A stretch of DNA of 64,000 nucleotides from an uncultured Nitrospiraceae bacterium (GTDB lineage: Bacteria; Nitrospirota; Thermodesulfovibrionia; Thermodesulfovibrionales; UBA6898): contig CAWEQH010000004.1 in assembly GCA_963811165.1 (NCBI GenBank), positions 64,001-128,000 of the forward strand, written 5' to 3'. This document shows, piece after piece, positions 40,973 through 50,632 of the stretch. The notes beneath the pieces are model-generated. The model had not been told where the DNA came from. It saw only the letters and a list, made by a program, of their open reading frames with translations, and did no database searches. A program made the position numbers and the translations under genes. Position 1 is the stretch's first letter. Every line of letters begins with the position of its first letter.

Positions 40973-41130
40973 CCCCTTCGAAAAGTCAGATCTTTTTGCA
41001 GGGCTTTGCCCCGCACCCCAGGTACCTTTCTGCTCTCCAAAGTGTTGCACTTCGAGATTGAATCCAGTGGCACTTTTCATTCGCATTAATGAAAAGCGCC
41101 CGGGGTATAAGGGGCAGAGCCCTTTCTCTG
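40973..41130. repeat. Partial copies of structured repeat family A (opposed orientations)
   Basis: 41001-41031 matches 41680-41711 and 45494-45524; 41069-41126 matches the reverse complement of 58119-58175. Confidence 0.75.
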
Positions 41131-41166
41131 GTACAGGGCAACCCCCCGCTGCCCTATGGATTATCG

Positions 41167-41577
41167 CTAGGGGTTTAGCTGCCTCAGGTAGGCTCCGAAG
41201 AGCTTGTCCGTATTCATGATATGGGTCACGATCCAGTCCACGACGATCTGGGTTGCGGTCACCGAGAGTTCGTAGGACATGCCGCTTTCTCTTGGCAGCG
41301 ATGCCAGCTTTTTTAGTTCCTCGATGTTCTTCAAGTAGAAGGCATGCTGGAGCTTCTGTTCCCGAAGGCCGTCGTATCCGGCCTCCTCCATCCGCTGTTC
41401 CTCCTCCTTGAAATGGAAACGGGCATAGTCATCGAGGAACTCGATGGTCTTGTCGATCTCGGCCCTGCAGCGCTGTTCCCTGATCGCAAGAAGCAGATCG
41501 TTGATCCGCTTGAAGAGTTCCCTGTGCTGCTCGTCAATCTTGATTATGCCCACGGCCAAGTCTTCAGTCCACTGCAT
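41167..41577 (-). CDS. Bacteriohemerythrin
   Basis: W...G...IDEQHREL, HFKEEE, QH, WIVTHIMNTD. Confidence 0.9.
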   Translation of the reverse strand: MQWTEDLAVGIIKIDEQHRELFKRINDLLLAIREQRCRAEIDKTIEFLDDYARFHFKEEEQRMEEAGYDGLREQKLQHAFYLKNIEELKKLASLPRESGMSYELSVTATQIVVDWIVTHIMNTDKLFGAYLRQLNP

Positions 41578-41678
41578 GAATCGCCCGCTCCTTTATTATC
41601 AATTCCGCTCACTCTGTATTTTTATTATAAACAATCCCGTGCCGTTGTTTTCCGTGTTTGGAGAAATTACTTTTTTAG

Positions 41679-41996
41679 ACGGGGCGTTGCCCCGTACCCC
41701 AGCTACCTTTCTTAGCGGATAAGAAAGCTAACGTGAAGAAGTCGCCCGACGAAAATTCTTTACGAGTCTTAGTGGCTGTCATTCCGGCTTGTCCGATAAC
41801 CCCTCCCTGCCTCCCCTTATCAGGGGAGGATCCGCCCCTTCCCCCTTGATAAGGGGGGTAGAGGGGGGTTGGATTCCCGACGCGCTTCGCTTGCGGGGAT
41901 GACAGGTTTAATGTATTTAGTTGCCGTAGCATTAATGAAAAGCGCCCGGGGTATAAGGGGCAGAGCCCCTTTTTCGGGTGCGGGGTGAACTCCGCA
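41679..41996. repeat. Composite repeat: family A ends with nested REP-like palindromes
   Basis: 41795-41989 is nearly identical to 44142-44334. Confidence 0.9.
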
Positions 41997-42007
41997 TACT
42001 TTATGGA

Positions 42008-43879
42008 TCACCGCGAGACGGTCAGCAAATTTTCGAGCTCTTCCTCAAATTCTTTTGTCCTGCCTTCGATCTCCATTCGCAAAAGGTCGAGCTTTGCAAA
42101 AAGGGCATCGAGTGCGGCTTTTGAATGGTGGAGTTTTGTTGCGAGGTTTTTTATGGTTTCCTCTTTGCCCTTAAGGGAGGCCTCTCTAATTTCCCCATTT
42201 ATCTGTTCGATCTTTCCTTCCAGCCTTATAATTTCTTTTTCCGCTTCATCAATGCTTTTTTGGAGGGCGCTCATGGTTTTTGATTTTTTATTCAGCAGCT
42301 CCGCCCGCTCACGTCGGAGTTGTTTTTTATTGATGGAATTGTTCCGGGACCCGTTTTTTTTCACACGGGGCGCGCCGGATTCATTTTCACTTTTCCAGCC
42401 GACGCGGTCAAGGAAGTCCTGATACGTTCCTTCAAATAAAGTTACTTCCCCGTCATCAAAGACTATCAGACGGGTGGCCAGTGCGTGGAGCATCATTTCA
42501 CTATGGGTCACTAAAATTACCGCGCCGTTGAACTCATCAATGGCCTCAACCAGGGAATCATTGGATTCCATATCGAGATGGTTCGTAGGCTCATCGAGCA
42601 TGAGCATGTTTGAGGGGCTGACGAGCAGCTTGCCCAGGAGCACACGGCTTTTTTCCCCACCGGAGAGGACGCTGATCTTTTTTAGCGCATGGTCCCCGGG
42701 AAACATCATAATGCCGCATATCTTGCGGGCCGCACCCCGGCCGACGTCAGGATGCACGTCCATAATCTCTTCTTCAACGGTCTTGTGCAGGGTAAGGCGG
42801 TTCACATTCGTCTGGCCGAAATAGGCCGTCTGCAACTGATCGTGATGACCCACAGAGCCGGTTTTTGCTTCCAGTTCTTTTGCAAGCAGATTCAGCAGTG
42901 TCGTTTTCCCCTTGCCGTTTTTCCCGATGATGGCGATGCGGTCCTTTTTCCCGACTGAAAAGGTCAATCCATCAATCAGGGGAGCGCTGCCGTCGTCAAA
43001 AGAAAAAGACAGGTCGTTGACTTCCATGAGCACCTTCCCGGTAAATGTCGCCGATTTGAACGAGAAATCAAGGTCCTTTATCTCCGTCAGTTTTTCGAGG
43101 CGCCCTTTTTTCTGCAGGGCCTTTATTCGCGACTGGACAGCCCTGGCCTTCGTTGCCTTTGCCCTGAACCTGTTTATGAAGTCCTCTGTTTCTTTGCGCT
43201 TCTTATCGTCGTTGACCCTCGTCTTTTCGTGTATCTCTTCTTCCATCAGCAACTGTTGATATACCTTTTCGGTCGGGCCGGCTTCCTTCCGCAGTTTGCA
43301 GCGGTGTATGGCCATGGTGTGCGTAGTCACCCCATCCATGAAATCACGGTCATGGGTAATAATGATGAGCTCTTTCTTCCAGTTGCGCAAAAACTGTGTA
43401 AGCCAGCGAAGAGAGAGGATATCGAGATAATTGGTGGGCTCATCGAGGAGGAGAAGATTGGGGTCGGAGACAAGCACCTTTGCAAGATTAAGGCGGACCT
43501 GGTATCCCCCCGAGAGATCCAGTGGATTGAGCGTCAGATCTTCCAGGGTAAACCCCAGTCCCATGAGAATGGTTTCCGCCTTATAGGTCTCGTCGATCCC
43601 GTCCTCGTTGTCCGGGAGACTCAGACACGCCTCCTTAAGCACAGTGTCTTCCTGGAAGCTGATATGCTGCGAAAGATGACCTATCTTATATCCGTTTGGG
43701 ATACTGATACATCCTGAATCAGGGTGCTCCTGCCCCAGTATCATTTTAAAGAGTGTGGTTTTGCCGTGTCCGTTTCTGCCGACAAGACCGACCCGTTCGC
43801 CCGGATTGAGGGTAAAACCCCCCTTCTCAAAAATGATCTGACGACCGTAACATTTCTCTAGGTTATTTACCTGGATCAC
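42008..43879 (-). CDS. ABC-F family ATPase with C-terminal coiled coil
   Basis: Two NBDs (GRNGHGKT/LSGG/DEPTN; GKNGKGKT/LSGGE/DEPTNHLD), linker, no TM segments. Confidence 0.95.
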   Translation of the reverse strand: MIQVNNLEKCYGRQIIFEKGGFTLNPGERVGLVGRNGHGKTTLFKMILGQEHPDSGCISIPNGYKIGHLSQHISFQEDTVLKEACLSLPDNEDGIDETYKAETILMGLGFTLEDLTLNPLDLSGGYQVRLNLAKVLVSDPNLLLLDEPTNYLDILSLRWLTQFLRNWKKELIIITHDRDFMDGVTTHTMAIHRCKLRKEAGPTEKVYQQLLMEEEIHEKTRVNDDKKRKETEDFINRFRAKATKARAVQSRIKALQKKGRLEKLTEIKDLDFSFKSATFTGKVLMEVNDLSFSFDDGSAPLIDGLTFSVGKKDRIAIIGKNGKGKTTLLNLLAKELEAKTGSVGHHDQLQTAYFGQTNVNRLTLHKTVEEEIMDVHPDVGRGAARKICGIMMFPGDHALKKISVLSGGEKSRVLLGKLLVSPSNMLMLDEPTNHLDMESNDSLVEAIDEFNGAVILVTHSEMMLHALATRLIVFDDGEVTLFEGTYQDFLDRVGWKSENESGAPRVKKNGSRNNSINKKQLRRERAELLNKKSKTMSALQKSIDEAEKEIIRLEGKIEQINGEIREASLKGKEETIKNLATKLHHSKAALDALFAKLDLLRMEIEGRTKEFEEELENLLTVSR

Positions 43880-44141
43880 TTTAATACCTCTCCTTGGATC
43901 TCAAAAAATGAGCAATCCGTCTATCCGGCAAAGACAATTTTATTTCCGACATGCCGCTCTCATACCTCTTTCTTTTTGAAACAAGTGTTATCGATGTAAA
44001 CAGCCCAAGGCGGTTGACTCAGAGGGGAGGTCCTTTAACTTTCAGGCTCTTCCGAACATTCGCGCTTTAATTCAGGCAGGGTAATAATATACATTAAATC
44101 GCGTAAAAAAAGAAAATGGTGGTGTCTTTCTGCCGGGGGGT

Positions 44142-44340
44142 GATAACCCCTCCCTGCCTCCCCTTATCAGGGGAGGATCCGCCCCTTCCCCCTTGATAAG
44201 GGGGGTAGAGGGGGGTTGGATTCCCGACGCGCTTCGCTTGCGGGAATGACAGGTTTAATGTATTTAGTTGTCGAAGCAATAATGAAAAGCGCCCGGGGTA
44301 AGGGGCAGAGCCCCTTTTTCGGGTGCGGGGTGAAGCCTCG
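44142..44340. repeat. Direct repeat of 41795-41989
   Basis: Near-identical ~193 bp with a 2-bp indel and a few substitutions. Confidence 0.9.
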
Positions 44341-44366
44341 AGTATGTTTAAGTCTAAAAAGTTACT

Positions 44367-45152
44367 TCAGCAGAAATTCTGCCAGTACAGGTGCTTCAGA
44401 TACTTTGGGAAGTTGATGCCGTGTTTTTGCTGGAGGGTTTTTGCTGCCGGCCTGCGTGCATTGAGGTCCGCGATCGGCGCCGGACCGGTAAAACCGAATA
44501 CGATCGCGTTCCAGCATAAATCGGAGACGGCGAGCTTCATCGCATTATTGCCGAAGGCTTCACGAATGGATGTGTAGAGGGCCGGGAAGTTGTCCTTCGG
44601 CCTTCTCCAAAGATTGATGACGAATACTCCGCCTTCGTCCAGCCGTTCCCTGCACGCAAGTAAAAAATCATTTTCGAGCAAGGCGGCGGCGGGCCCGCTC
44701 TCGTCAAAGGCGTCGACAAGGATCATGTCGTAGGTCCCGCAGCCCTCTTTATTTTGCCTGATGAAGTCCTGGCCGGGCACATGGAATATCCTCAAGTTCG
44801 CGTTTTCCGCCCGGATGAGAAAGTGGTCGCGTGCAAGGTCGATCACCTTTTGTCTTATCTCAACGATGTCCAGGGCGCACGCGGGAAAGGCAGTCAGGAG
44901 GAAGTTTGCGAGCGAACAGCCGCCGAGGCCGACAAGAAGAACGTTTCGGGGATCGTCTTTGAATATGAGCGAGCTTATCATCGCCTGGTTATACTCGTGG
45001 ATAAGGTGAGCGGGTCGGTCGAGCCTTATGCAGCTCTGAAGAACGTCTTCGAAGTAGAGCGACCTGATCACGCCGTCGTCGGCGACGATGATTTCGCCGA
45101 ACTCGTCCCGGCAGTGCTCGACAATGGTCCCATCGATCTTTCTTCCGCTCAC
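44367..45152 (-). CDS. Spermidine-synthase-like SAM-binding protein
   Basis: LLVGLGGCSL, VEI...V, YDMILVDAFD, GVFVINL. Confidence 0.85.
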   Translation of the reverse strand: MSGRKIDGTIVEHCRDEFGEIIVADDGVIRSLYFEDVLQSCIRLDRPAHLIHEYNQAMISSLIFKDDPRNVLLVGLGGCSLANFLLTAFPACALDIVEIRQKVIDLARDHFLIRAENANLRIFHVPGQDFIRQNKEGCGTYDMILVDAFDESGPAAALLENDFLLACRERLDEGGVFVINLWRRPKDNFPALYTSIREAFGNNAMKLAVSDLCWNAIVFGFTGPAPIADLNARRPAAKTLQQKHGINFPKYLKHLYWQNFC

Positions 45153-45263
45153 CCGGAATTATATCAGATTTCTCACATGGAGGTCGTTATCGGGTGATTT
45201 ATCCGGCGCTTGGCTTTACGCACCGGGATTGAACAATGGATCGGGCCGTGGTAAGGTGAAGGC

Positions 45264-45425
45264 ATGAAGATTGGAGCATGTGTGTTGACCGGGATCCTTG
45301 GCATTGCAGCGGTTGCCGGAGTATTCGAAGCCCTGGCTTCTCCTCGTAAGAAGAAGGAGACGGAGGAGAAGAAAGAAGAGGGGGAAGCGAAGGCGCCTGA
45401 GGGCGGCAATTGCGATGGGCTTTAG
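45264..45425 (+). CDS. Small single-TM protein (53 aa), below the ORF-track cutoff
   Basis: MKIGACVLTGILGIAAVAGVFEALASPRKKKETEEKKEE...; SD aaggtg. Confidence 0.45.
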   Translation: MKIGACVLTGILGIAAVAGVFEALASPRKKKETEEKKEEGEAKAPEGGNCDGL

Positions 45426-45491
45426 GGGGGCACGGGGGGGGGAACTCCGCGGTTAGAGAATGTATTTTTCCGTCTCTAAAAATCTTTAGAG

Positions 45492-45672
45492 ACGGGGCTT
45501 TGCCCCAGACCCCAGTTACCTTTCTTAACGTAAAGAAGTCCGCCCCGACGAACCTTACCGGGCGGTTCGCACTGCCGTCCTCGGTAGATTTTAGGAACTC
45601 GCCCTTCGGTCTCAGACAGCCTAAAATCTTTCACCCTGCGGGCGGCAGCACTCACCTGGAAGTTTCGAAGGG
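45492..45672 (+). repeat. Full-length copy of structured repeat family A
   Basis: Core 45574-45644 is nearly identical to the reverse complement of 58435-58503. Confidence 0.85.
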
Positions 45673-45792
45673 GATAGAGAACTCATAATACCAATAAAAG
45701 CCATGGTGTCATTCCGGCTCGTTGGGAATCTTTCTTAGTCCCTCATCGAGAGGGGTGAAAGGGAGCGCCCGGAAGGACTCCGGCGGCCGACT

Positions 45793-46260
45793 TTACCGGG
45801 AAATTTTATTTTTAATTTGCTGCACAGCCTGGTTGTTTAACAATTTCATAAATTTCGGATTAGCTGTCAGGGCGGCGATGTCGCCTGCCTGCACGGCCTT
45901 AATGACTTCAGGGTCATGAAGAATCTCCTGAAAATCCGGATCGCTCTGCAGGGATTTGAGCATGCTCATGATATCGGCGTCGCCCATCATCTTTTGCTGA
46001 ACGGACTTAATCTGGTCTCCGGTGTCTTCGCCGCCCGGACTTTTCGTCCGGATGGCGCGAATTTTGGATTCCCTGATCTGTATGGTCCCCAGAGTCTCCG
46101 ATTTGACCGTATACACGCCTTTCGACAAAGAAACAATCTCTCCGGAGATGACGCTTCCGTCTGTGAGTTCGAGTTCCCGCAACTCAGAAGCCAGCACCGA
46201 ACTAGTGCTTACAATCAGTCCGCATAATATCAGGATGAGGTATTTCAGAAAACTTCTCAC
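45793..46260 (-). CDS. Exported hypothetical protein (LTDGS beta-domain plus STI1-like helices)
   Basis: Signal peptide; ELTDGSVISGEIVS; DPDFQEILHDPEV. Confidence 0.7.
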   Translation of the reverse strand: MRSFLKYLILILCGLIVSTSSVLASELRELELTDGSVISGEIVSLSKGVYTVKSETLGTIQIRESKIRAIRTKSPGGEDTGDQIKSVQQKMMGDADIMSMLKSLQSDPDFQEILHDPEVIKAVQAGDIAALTANPKFMKLLNNQAVQQIKNKISR

Positions 46261-46299
46261 GAAATATATTACCCCTTTCCCATGAACTTTCGCAAAGTG

Positions 46300-46400
46300 C
46301 CGCCGGGTGTTTCGGATCATGTTGATTTGTTTGGCTGATCGATATTTGAAATATGCCACCACCTGCATGAGCTCTTTCGTAGGGGCGTAATTCATTACGC
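46300..46400 (-). pseudogene. Fragment of a second RAYT gene
   Basis: NYAPT..QVVAYFKYRSAKQIN parallels APTLGDIMRTFKSVSTIAVN in the intact RAYT; a GTAGGGGCG REP sits at its edge. Confidence 0.6.
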
Positions 46401-46451
46401 CATGTTTGCCTCAGGTTTAATCAATTCTCGTTTTCAAGGCTGATCCCGGGG

Positions 46452-46844
46452 TCAGGCATCGATATACATCTCCTTTCCCTCGCTCAGTCTGAGCCAGCCT
46501 TTGACTATCCTGTAGATTATCCAGACAAGATCGAATGCGAGGAGGGCGAAACCGATGCCGATCAGAACGGTGAGGGCACCGACTGCGCCCCAGAGGAGGC
46601 CGAACCAGAAGGTCCTGATCTGCCAGCGAAAGTGGGAGGCAAGCCAGGTGCCCTGCACCTCCTCTTGCTTAAGGTAGTTGATGATGATCGCCGCGATGCT
46701 CGTGACGCCGAGCAAAAAGGAGCCTGCCTGCAGGGCGTAGACGATCATTGTAACCGTCTTTGACTGCTTGAGCGGGTCGACCGGGGATGATCTTCCCTGC
46801 CCCTCTTCTTCATGACCGTTCATCATACCCTTCTCAGAGAACAT
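46452..46844 (-). CDS. DUF4870-like membrane protein
   Basis: VYAL..AIIINY...SHFRWQIRTFW...YRIVKGW. Confidence 0.85.
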   Translation of the reverse strand: MFSEKGMMNGHEEEGQGRSSPVDPLKQSKTVTMIVYALQAGSFLLGVTSIAAIIINYLKQEEVQGTWLASHFRWQIRTFWFGLLWGAVGALTVLIGIGFALLAFDLVWIIYRIVKGWLRLSEGKEMYIDA

Positions 46845-47491
46845 TATAGCGCTTTTTCTTTTTCTGAAATACGCCTACATGAGGGGTTTTCCTCGTCTTC
46901 ATCCCATTTTAATGGATTGTATCTGATATATTCCCGGATTGGGTGCAGTTCCGATTCATTACGGATGATGTGTTCGTAATAATTACGCTGCCAGAGGGGA
47001 TATCCCCGACGGTCAAAATGACGATTTACCGCAATGGTTGAAACGGATTTGAATGTGCGCATAATGTCGCCTAGCGTAGGGGCGTGATTTATTGCATCAG
47101 GATTCGTGAGGTTGTTTTTTGTAGGGGCGCTGCTTGCTGCGCCCTTTCGTTTTGGTTTGATTTCGCATGTTCTGCTGGGCGGGGAATCGGGCCTCGTACC
47201 GGGCAGGGCAAGCCCTGCCCCTACATTTAATACGATAATCCCATGGATGTGGTTCGGCATTATCACAAATTCATCTAATTCTATCGAGGCGAACCTGTCT
47301 GGCAGGTTGCGCCAGATATGTGAAATAATCTCTCCGACATCGCTATAGCTGATTTTTCCTTCGGAGATTTTCCCGAACATGTTCTCTTTTCTCCACGCAC
47401 ACACCGTCACAAAATACGCCCCGGCATCGGAATAATCGTAATCCTTCAGGCGGATCGATCGGCGGTGATGGATGTCAGGATGGTATGTCAT
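46844..47491 (-). mobile_element. REP-associated tyrosine transposase (RAYT, HUH Y1 family)
   Basis: RRSIRLKDYDYS..GAYFVT, MPNHIHGI (HUH), WQRNYYEHIIR, YIRYNP; internal REP-derived VGAGLALP and GAASSAPT. Confidence 0.93.
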
Positions 47492-47569
47492 TTTGTGTCT
47501 TGTACGGGCAATGCCCCTACGTGCCGCGCCCTCTGTGTCATGTGATCCCTCTTTCCCCTTGCGAGAAGC

Positions 47570-48160
47570 CAGTCGCGCTTATTGTACTTTATTGCGTTAT
47601 TCTTCGCCAGGTCTGCGGGGTATTTCTTTTCGTTCAGTTCGACCTTGTCGAGGACCGCTTTTTCGATGTCGATGTATAGCCAGATATACGATCAGGCTTT
47701 CAGAAATGTCCGGGGTGAGAGGATGTTTAAGTCAAAAAGGCAAGTCCTCAATCTCAAGCAGGTCTTTGCTTTCTCCTCACCGATTTAACGGCATTGTCAA
47801 TGTCCTTCATCGACAGCTTGCTCTTTTTGAAAGCTTCCCGTGCTACGTCGAAGGCTGCATTCAGCCGGTCCTCAGGAGAAAGGGCGGAGAGGATAAAATC
47901 CTCAGGGCTCACTTTTTTTACCGCAATTCCCATCTTCTTCCCTCGCTATAGATTTATTTGATGAATTATACCATATGCCGTAACAATCGGCTCAGGGCCG
48001 TCATCGGGCAGAACGTCCGTGAGCTACTGGAAGATTTCGACGAGTTCGGCGGCTTCGGCCGCCAGTGCTATCGAGAGGTTTTTAGGAGAATGGAACTGGT
48101 CCCAGTTTCGCGCCTGGGCGAATTGGGCAAGTTTATTTCTGATCTCGTCTAAATTCATAT
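47570..48160 (-). pseudogene. Disrupted MazG-like nucleotide pyrophosphohydrolase
   Basis: N-part RNWDQFHSPKNL...EAAELVEIFQ* (48024-48160) and C-part IDIEKAVLDKVELNEKKYP...KY (~47570-47675) separated by foreign DNA. Confidence 0.75.
47754..47933 (-). CDS. Small antitoxin-like protein (59 aa) overlapping a PIN-toxin C-terminal remnant
   Basis: MGIAVKKVSPEDFIL...MKDIDNAVKSVRRK; overlapping remnant DLLEIEDLPF(D)LNILSPRTFL resembles the end of PIN domains. Confidence 0.5.
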   Translation of the reverse strand: MGIAVKKVSPEDFILSALSPEDRLNAAFDVAREAFKKSKLSMKDIDNAVKSVRRKQRPA

Positions 48161-48183
48161 TAGTCTGAAAAGTAAGCTGTCCC

Positions 48184-49089
48184 CTAAAACTCTTTTTGAC
48201 AATCGAAACAATATGCTCTTCCGCCAAATTTCTTTTTATTGTCCCAGCAGAATTTAGCTACTTTCTCGGTGAGGGGCTTTTTGCATTTAAAACAGTAGAA
48301 TTGCTTCATAGGCTCTGGTTGTTCTAAGTTGGGTGCCTGGCTCCGTCGGGGCGGAACATCCTCGATACCAAACCTCTTACGATAATCGATCTTTATAGGC
48401 TTATGCCTGGCGGCGAGACGCTTCGCAATCTCTACTACGGTCTCAAAAGACATGGTCTTACTCACAGCGGAAAGTACGGCCCCGGTACTCATTTTCTCCG
48501 CTCTCTTCTCGATTGTGGAAGCCAGGCCGTCTGCTTTTATTATCATTGTAGTGTCGAATTTCTTTTCAGAGGGCCTGACCACCCGAGATGTTGCCGAGAC
48601 CAAAACATAATTATAGAAAGTCGGTTTCATAGTTAGCCCAAGCCTTTTCGGCAAAATATCATACTGCTCCATAATCCCTTCCAGTACGCGTTGGTGGCGG
48701 TTATTTTGTTCGATAGGTGATTCGATGGCAAGATATTTTCCGTTATAACTGACCAAAAACTCCCCACTTTCCGCTATCTTTACGCCGTAAGAAAAATTCT
48801 TGGTCTCTAAAATGTATACATCAAGAAATTTATTGATGAGCAAGTGATCAATTTGAGCAACCCTGTCGCGATGTTCTAGTCTCAGATCATGGATAACAGC
48901 CCAACGTTTCGAAGGGCCGTAATCAAAGTCGATGAAGTATGCAGAATCCTTTTCCCCCTTATCGCCGGATTTGATAAATCTCAATTCCCGCTCGATAAGG
49001 AATCTCTTGTTGTCAGGAAGAGGCAAGGACAACAGTGAAGTGAGTTCTTTGATGTCTGCTTCTTTTGAATCGCGTTTCTTTATGATCAT
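48184..49089 (-). CDS. NERD nuclease-related domain protein with C-terminal Zn finger
   Basis: GDKGE, IHDLRL, AQIDHLLI, ILETKN, SPIEQN; CFKC...CFDC. Confidence 0.9.
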   Translation of the reverse strand: MIIKKRDSKEADIKELTSLLSLPLPDNKRFLIERELRFIKSGDKGEKDSAYFIDFDYGPSKRWAVIHDLRLEHRDRVAQIDHLLINKFLDVYILETKNFSYGVKIAESGEFLVSYNGKYLAIESPIEQNNRHQRVLEGIMEQYDILPKRLGLTMKPTFYNYVLVSATSRVVRPSEKKFDTTMIIKADGLASTIEKRAEKMSTGAVLSAVSKTMSFETVVEIAKRLAARHKPIKIDYRKRFGIEDVPPRRSQAPNLEQPEPMKQFYCFKCKKPLTEKVAKFCWDNKKKFGGRAYCFDCQKEF

Positions 49090-49135
49090 ATCAATTAAAC
49101 GTAGCCTCTTTCTTTACTCTTATCCATACTAGGGC

Positions 49136-50632
49136 TTACTCGTCGCCCCCCAAATCCTCCGCAATCAGTTTAAATTGTTCCAGTGCCGCCTCAAGGTCAT
49201 CTACGATCTCGCGGGCAATGATGCCGGGGTCGGGGAGATTGTCGGAGTCCGCGAGGCTTTCGTCTCTGAGCCAGAAGATGTCGAGGCTTGCCTTGTCGCG
49301 GTTGATCAGCTCATCGTAATCGTATGATCGCCAGCGGCCTTCGGGCTTCTTCTCCGACCAGGTCGCCTTACGCTGATGGCGATTCTCCGGTTTATAGCAT
49401 TTTACGAACTCGTCCAGGTCTTCGCGCTTAAGCGGGTTTGTCTTTAGCGTGAAGTCGATGTTTGTCCTGAAGTCGTATATCCAGAGCTTCTTTGTCCACG
49501 GCGTTTCAGAGGCAGGCTTTTTGTCGAAGAAAAGGACGTTTGCCTTTACTCCCTGTGCATAGAAAAGGCCGGTCGGCAGACGTAGGAGCGTATGCACGTC
49601 GCATTCATGAAGTAGCTTGCGGCGGACTGTCTCGCCCGCACCTCCTTCGAAGAGGACATTATCAGGCACGACGATGGCAGCACGGCCGTGTTGTTTCAGG
49701 AGAGTCTTTACATGCTGGACGAAATTAAGCTGCTTGTTCGAGGTCGTTGCCCAGAAATCTTCCCGCTCGATCGTCTCTTTCTCCTTATATGGCTTCCCGT
49801 CTGCGCCGATTATGGTCGTGCTGCTCTTCTTGCCGAAGGGCGGATTAGTCAGCACCATATCGAACCGGTCGCCTGGGTCTGACGCGAGGGAGTCCGAGAC
49901 TATCAGCGGCAGTTTGCCGCCGTTCGTGCCTATGCCGTGGAGCATCATGTTCATGGCGCAGAGGCGGGCGGTGTTATGGACCAGCTCCCAGCCTCGGAGG
50001 GCGTCTTCCTTGAGAAACTTCTTTTCGTCCTTCGTCATGGTCGGGAAGTTGTGGATAATATAGTCGTGGGAAGCAAGAAGAAAGCCGCCCGTACCGCAGG
50101 CAGGATCGCAGATCGTTTCCTTCGGCTTTGGGGCCATGCAATCGACGATGGCCTTGATCAGCGGTCGGGGAGTGAAATACTGTCCTGCACCTGATTTGGT
50201 GTCCTGGGCGTTCTTTTCAAGGAGTCCTTCATAGGCGTCGCCTTTTACATCCGCGCTCATGACCGACCAGTTTTCCTTATCGATGAGATCAACTATCAAA
50301 CGGCGAAGCTTTGCAGGGTCCTGGAATTTGTTCTGAGCCTTGCCGAAGATGAGACCTAATAGGTTCCCTTTCTTGCCTAGTTCTTCCAGCATGTGGCGGT
50401 AATGATCGAAAAGTGTATCTCCGTCTCTTTTCAGAAGAGCAGGCCAGTCGTAGCCTGAAGGGACGGAGCTTTTCTGGTTGTAAGGTTGCTTTGTCCGCTC
50501 ATCCGCCATCTTGAGAAAAAGGAGATAGGTGAGCTGTTCGACATAGTCGCCATAACTCATCCCGTCGTCCCGAAGGACGTTACAGTAGTTCCAGAGTTTT
50601 TGAACGATTGCGGCAGAGCCGTTTGTGCTCAT
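49136..50632 (-). CDS. hsdM: Type I restriction-modification methyltransferase (N6-adenine)
   Basis: KLWNYCNVLRDDG, GQYFTPR, DPACGTGGFL, NPPF. Confidence 0.96.
   Translation of the reverse strand: MSTNGSAAIVQKLWNYCNVLRDDGMSYGDYVEQLTYLLFLKMADERTKQPYNQKSSVPSGYDWPALLKRDGDTLFDHYRHMLEELGKKGNLLGLIFGKAQNKFQDPAKLRRLIVDLIDKENWSVMSADVKGDAYEGLLEKNAQDTKSGAGQYFTPRPLIKAIVDCMAPKPKETICDPACGTGGFLLASHDYIIHNFPTMTKDEKKFLKEDALRGWELVHNTARLCAMNMMLHGIGTNGGKLPLIVSDSLASDPGDRFDMVLTNPPFGKKSSTTIIGADGKPYKEKETIEREDFWATTSNKQLNFVQHVKTLLKQHGRAAIVVPDNVLFEGGAGETVRRKLLHECDVHTLLRLPTGLFYAQGVKANVLFFDKKPASETPWTKKLWIYDFRTNIDFTLKTNPLKREDLDEFVKCYKPENRHQRKATWSEKKPEGRWRSYDYDELINRDKASLDIFWLRDESLADSDNLPDPGIIAREIVDDLEAALEQFKLIAEDLGGDE

Noticed and set aside
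41675..44416. Short ORFs 41675..41932, 41820..42011, 44094..44279 and 44216..44416 (also 45410..45688, 58048..58266, 58533..58739)
   Set aside because: They are translations of palindromic repeats with no independent coding evidence
48024..48026. TAG readthrough (pyrrolysine) in the MazG-like gene
   Set aside because: Position corresponds to a Trp (TGG to TAG) and the gene is also physically split, so simple pseudogenisation explains it
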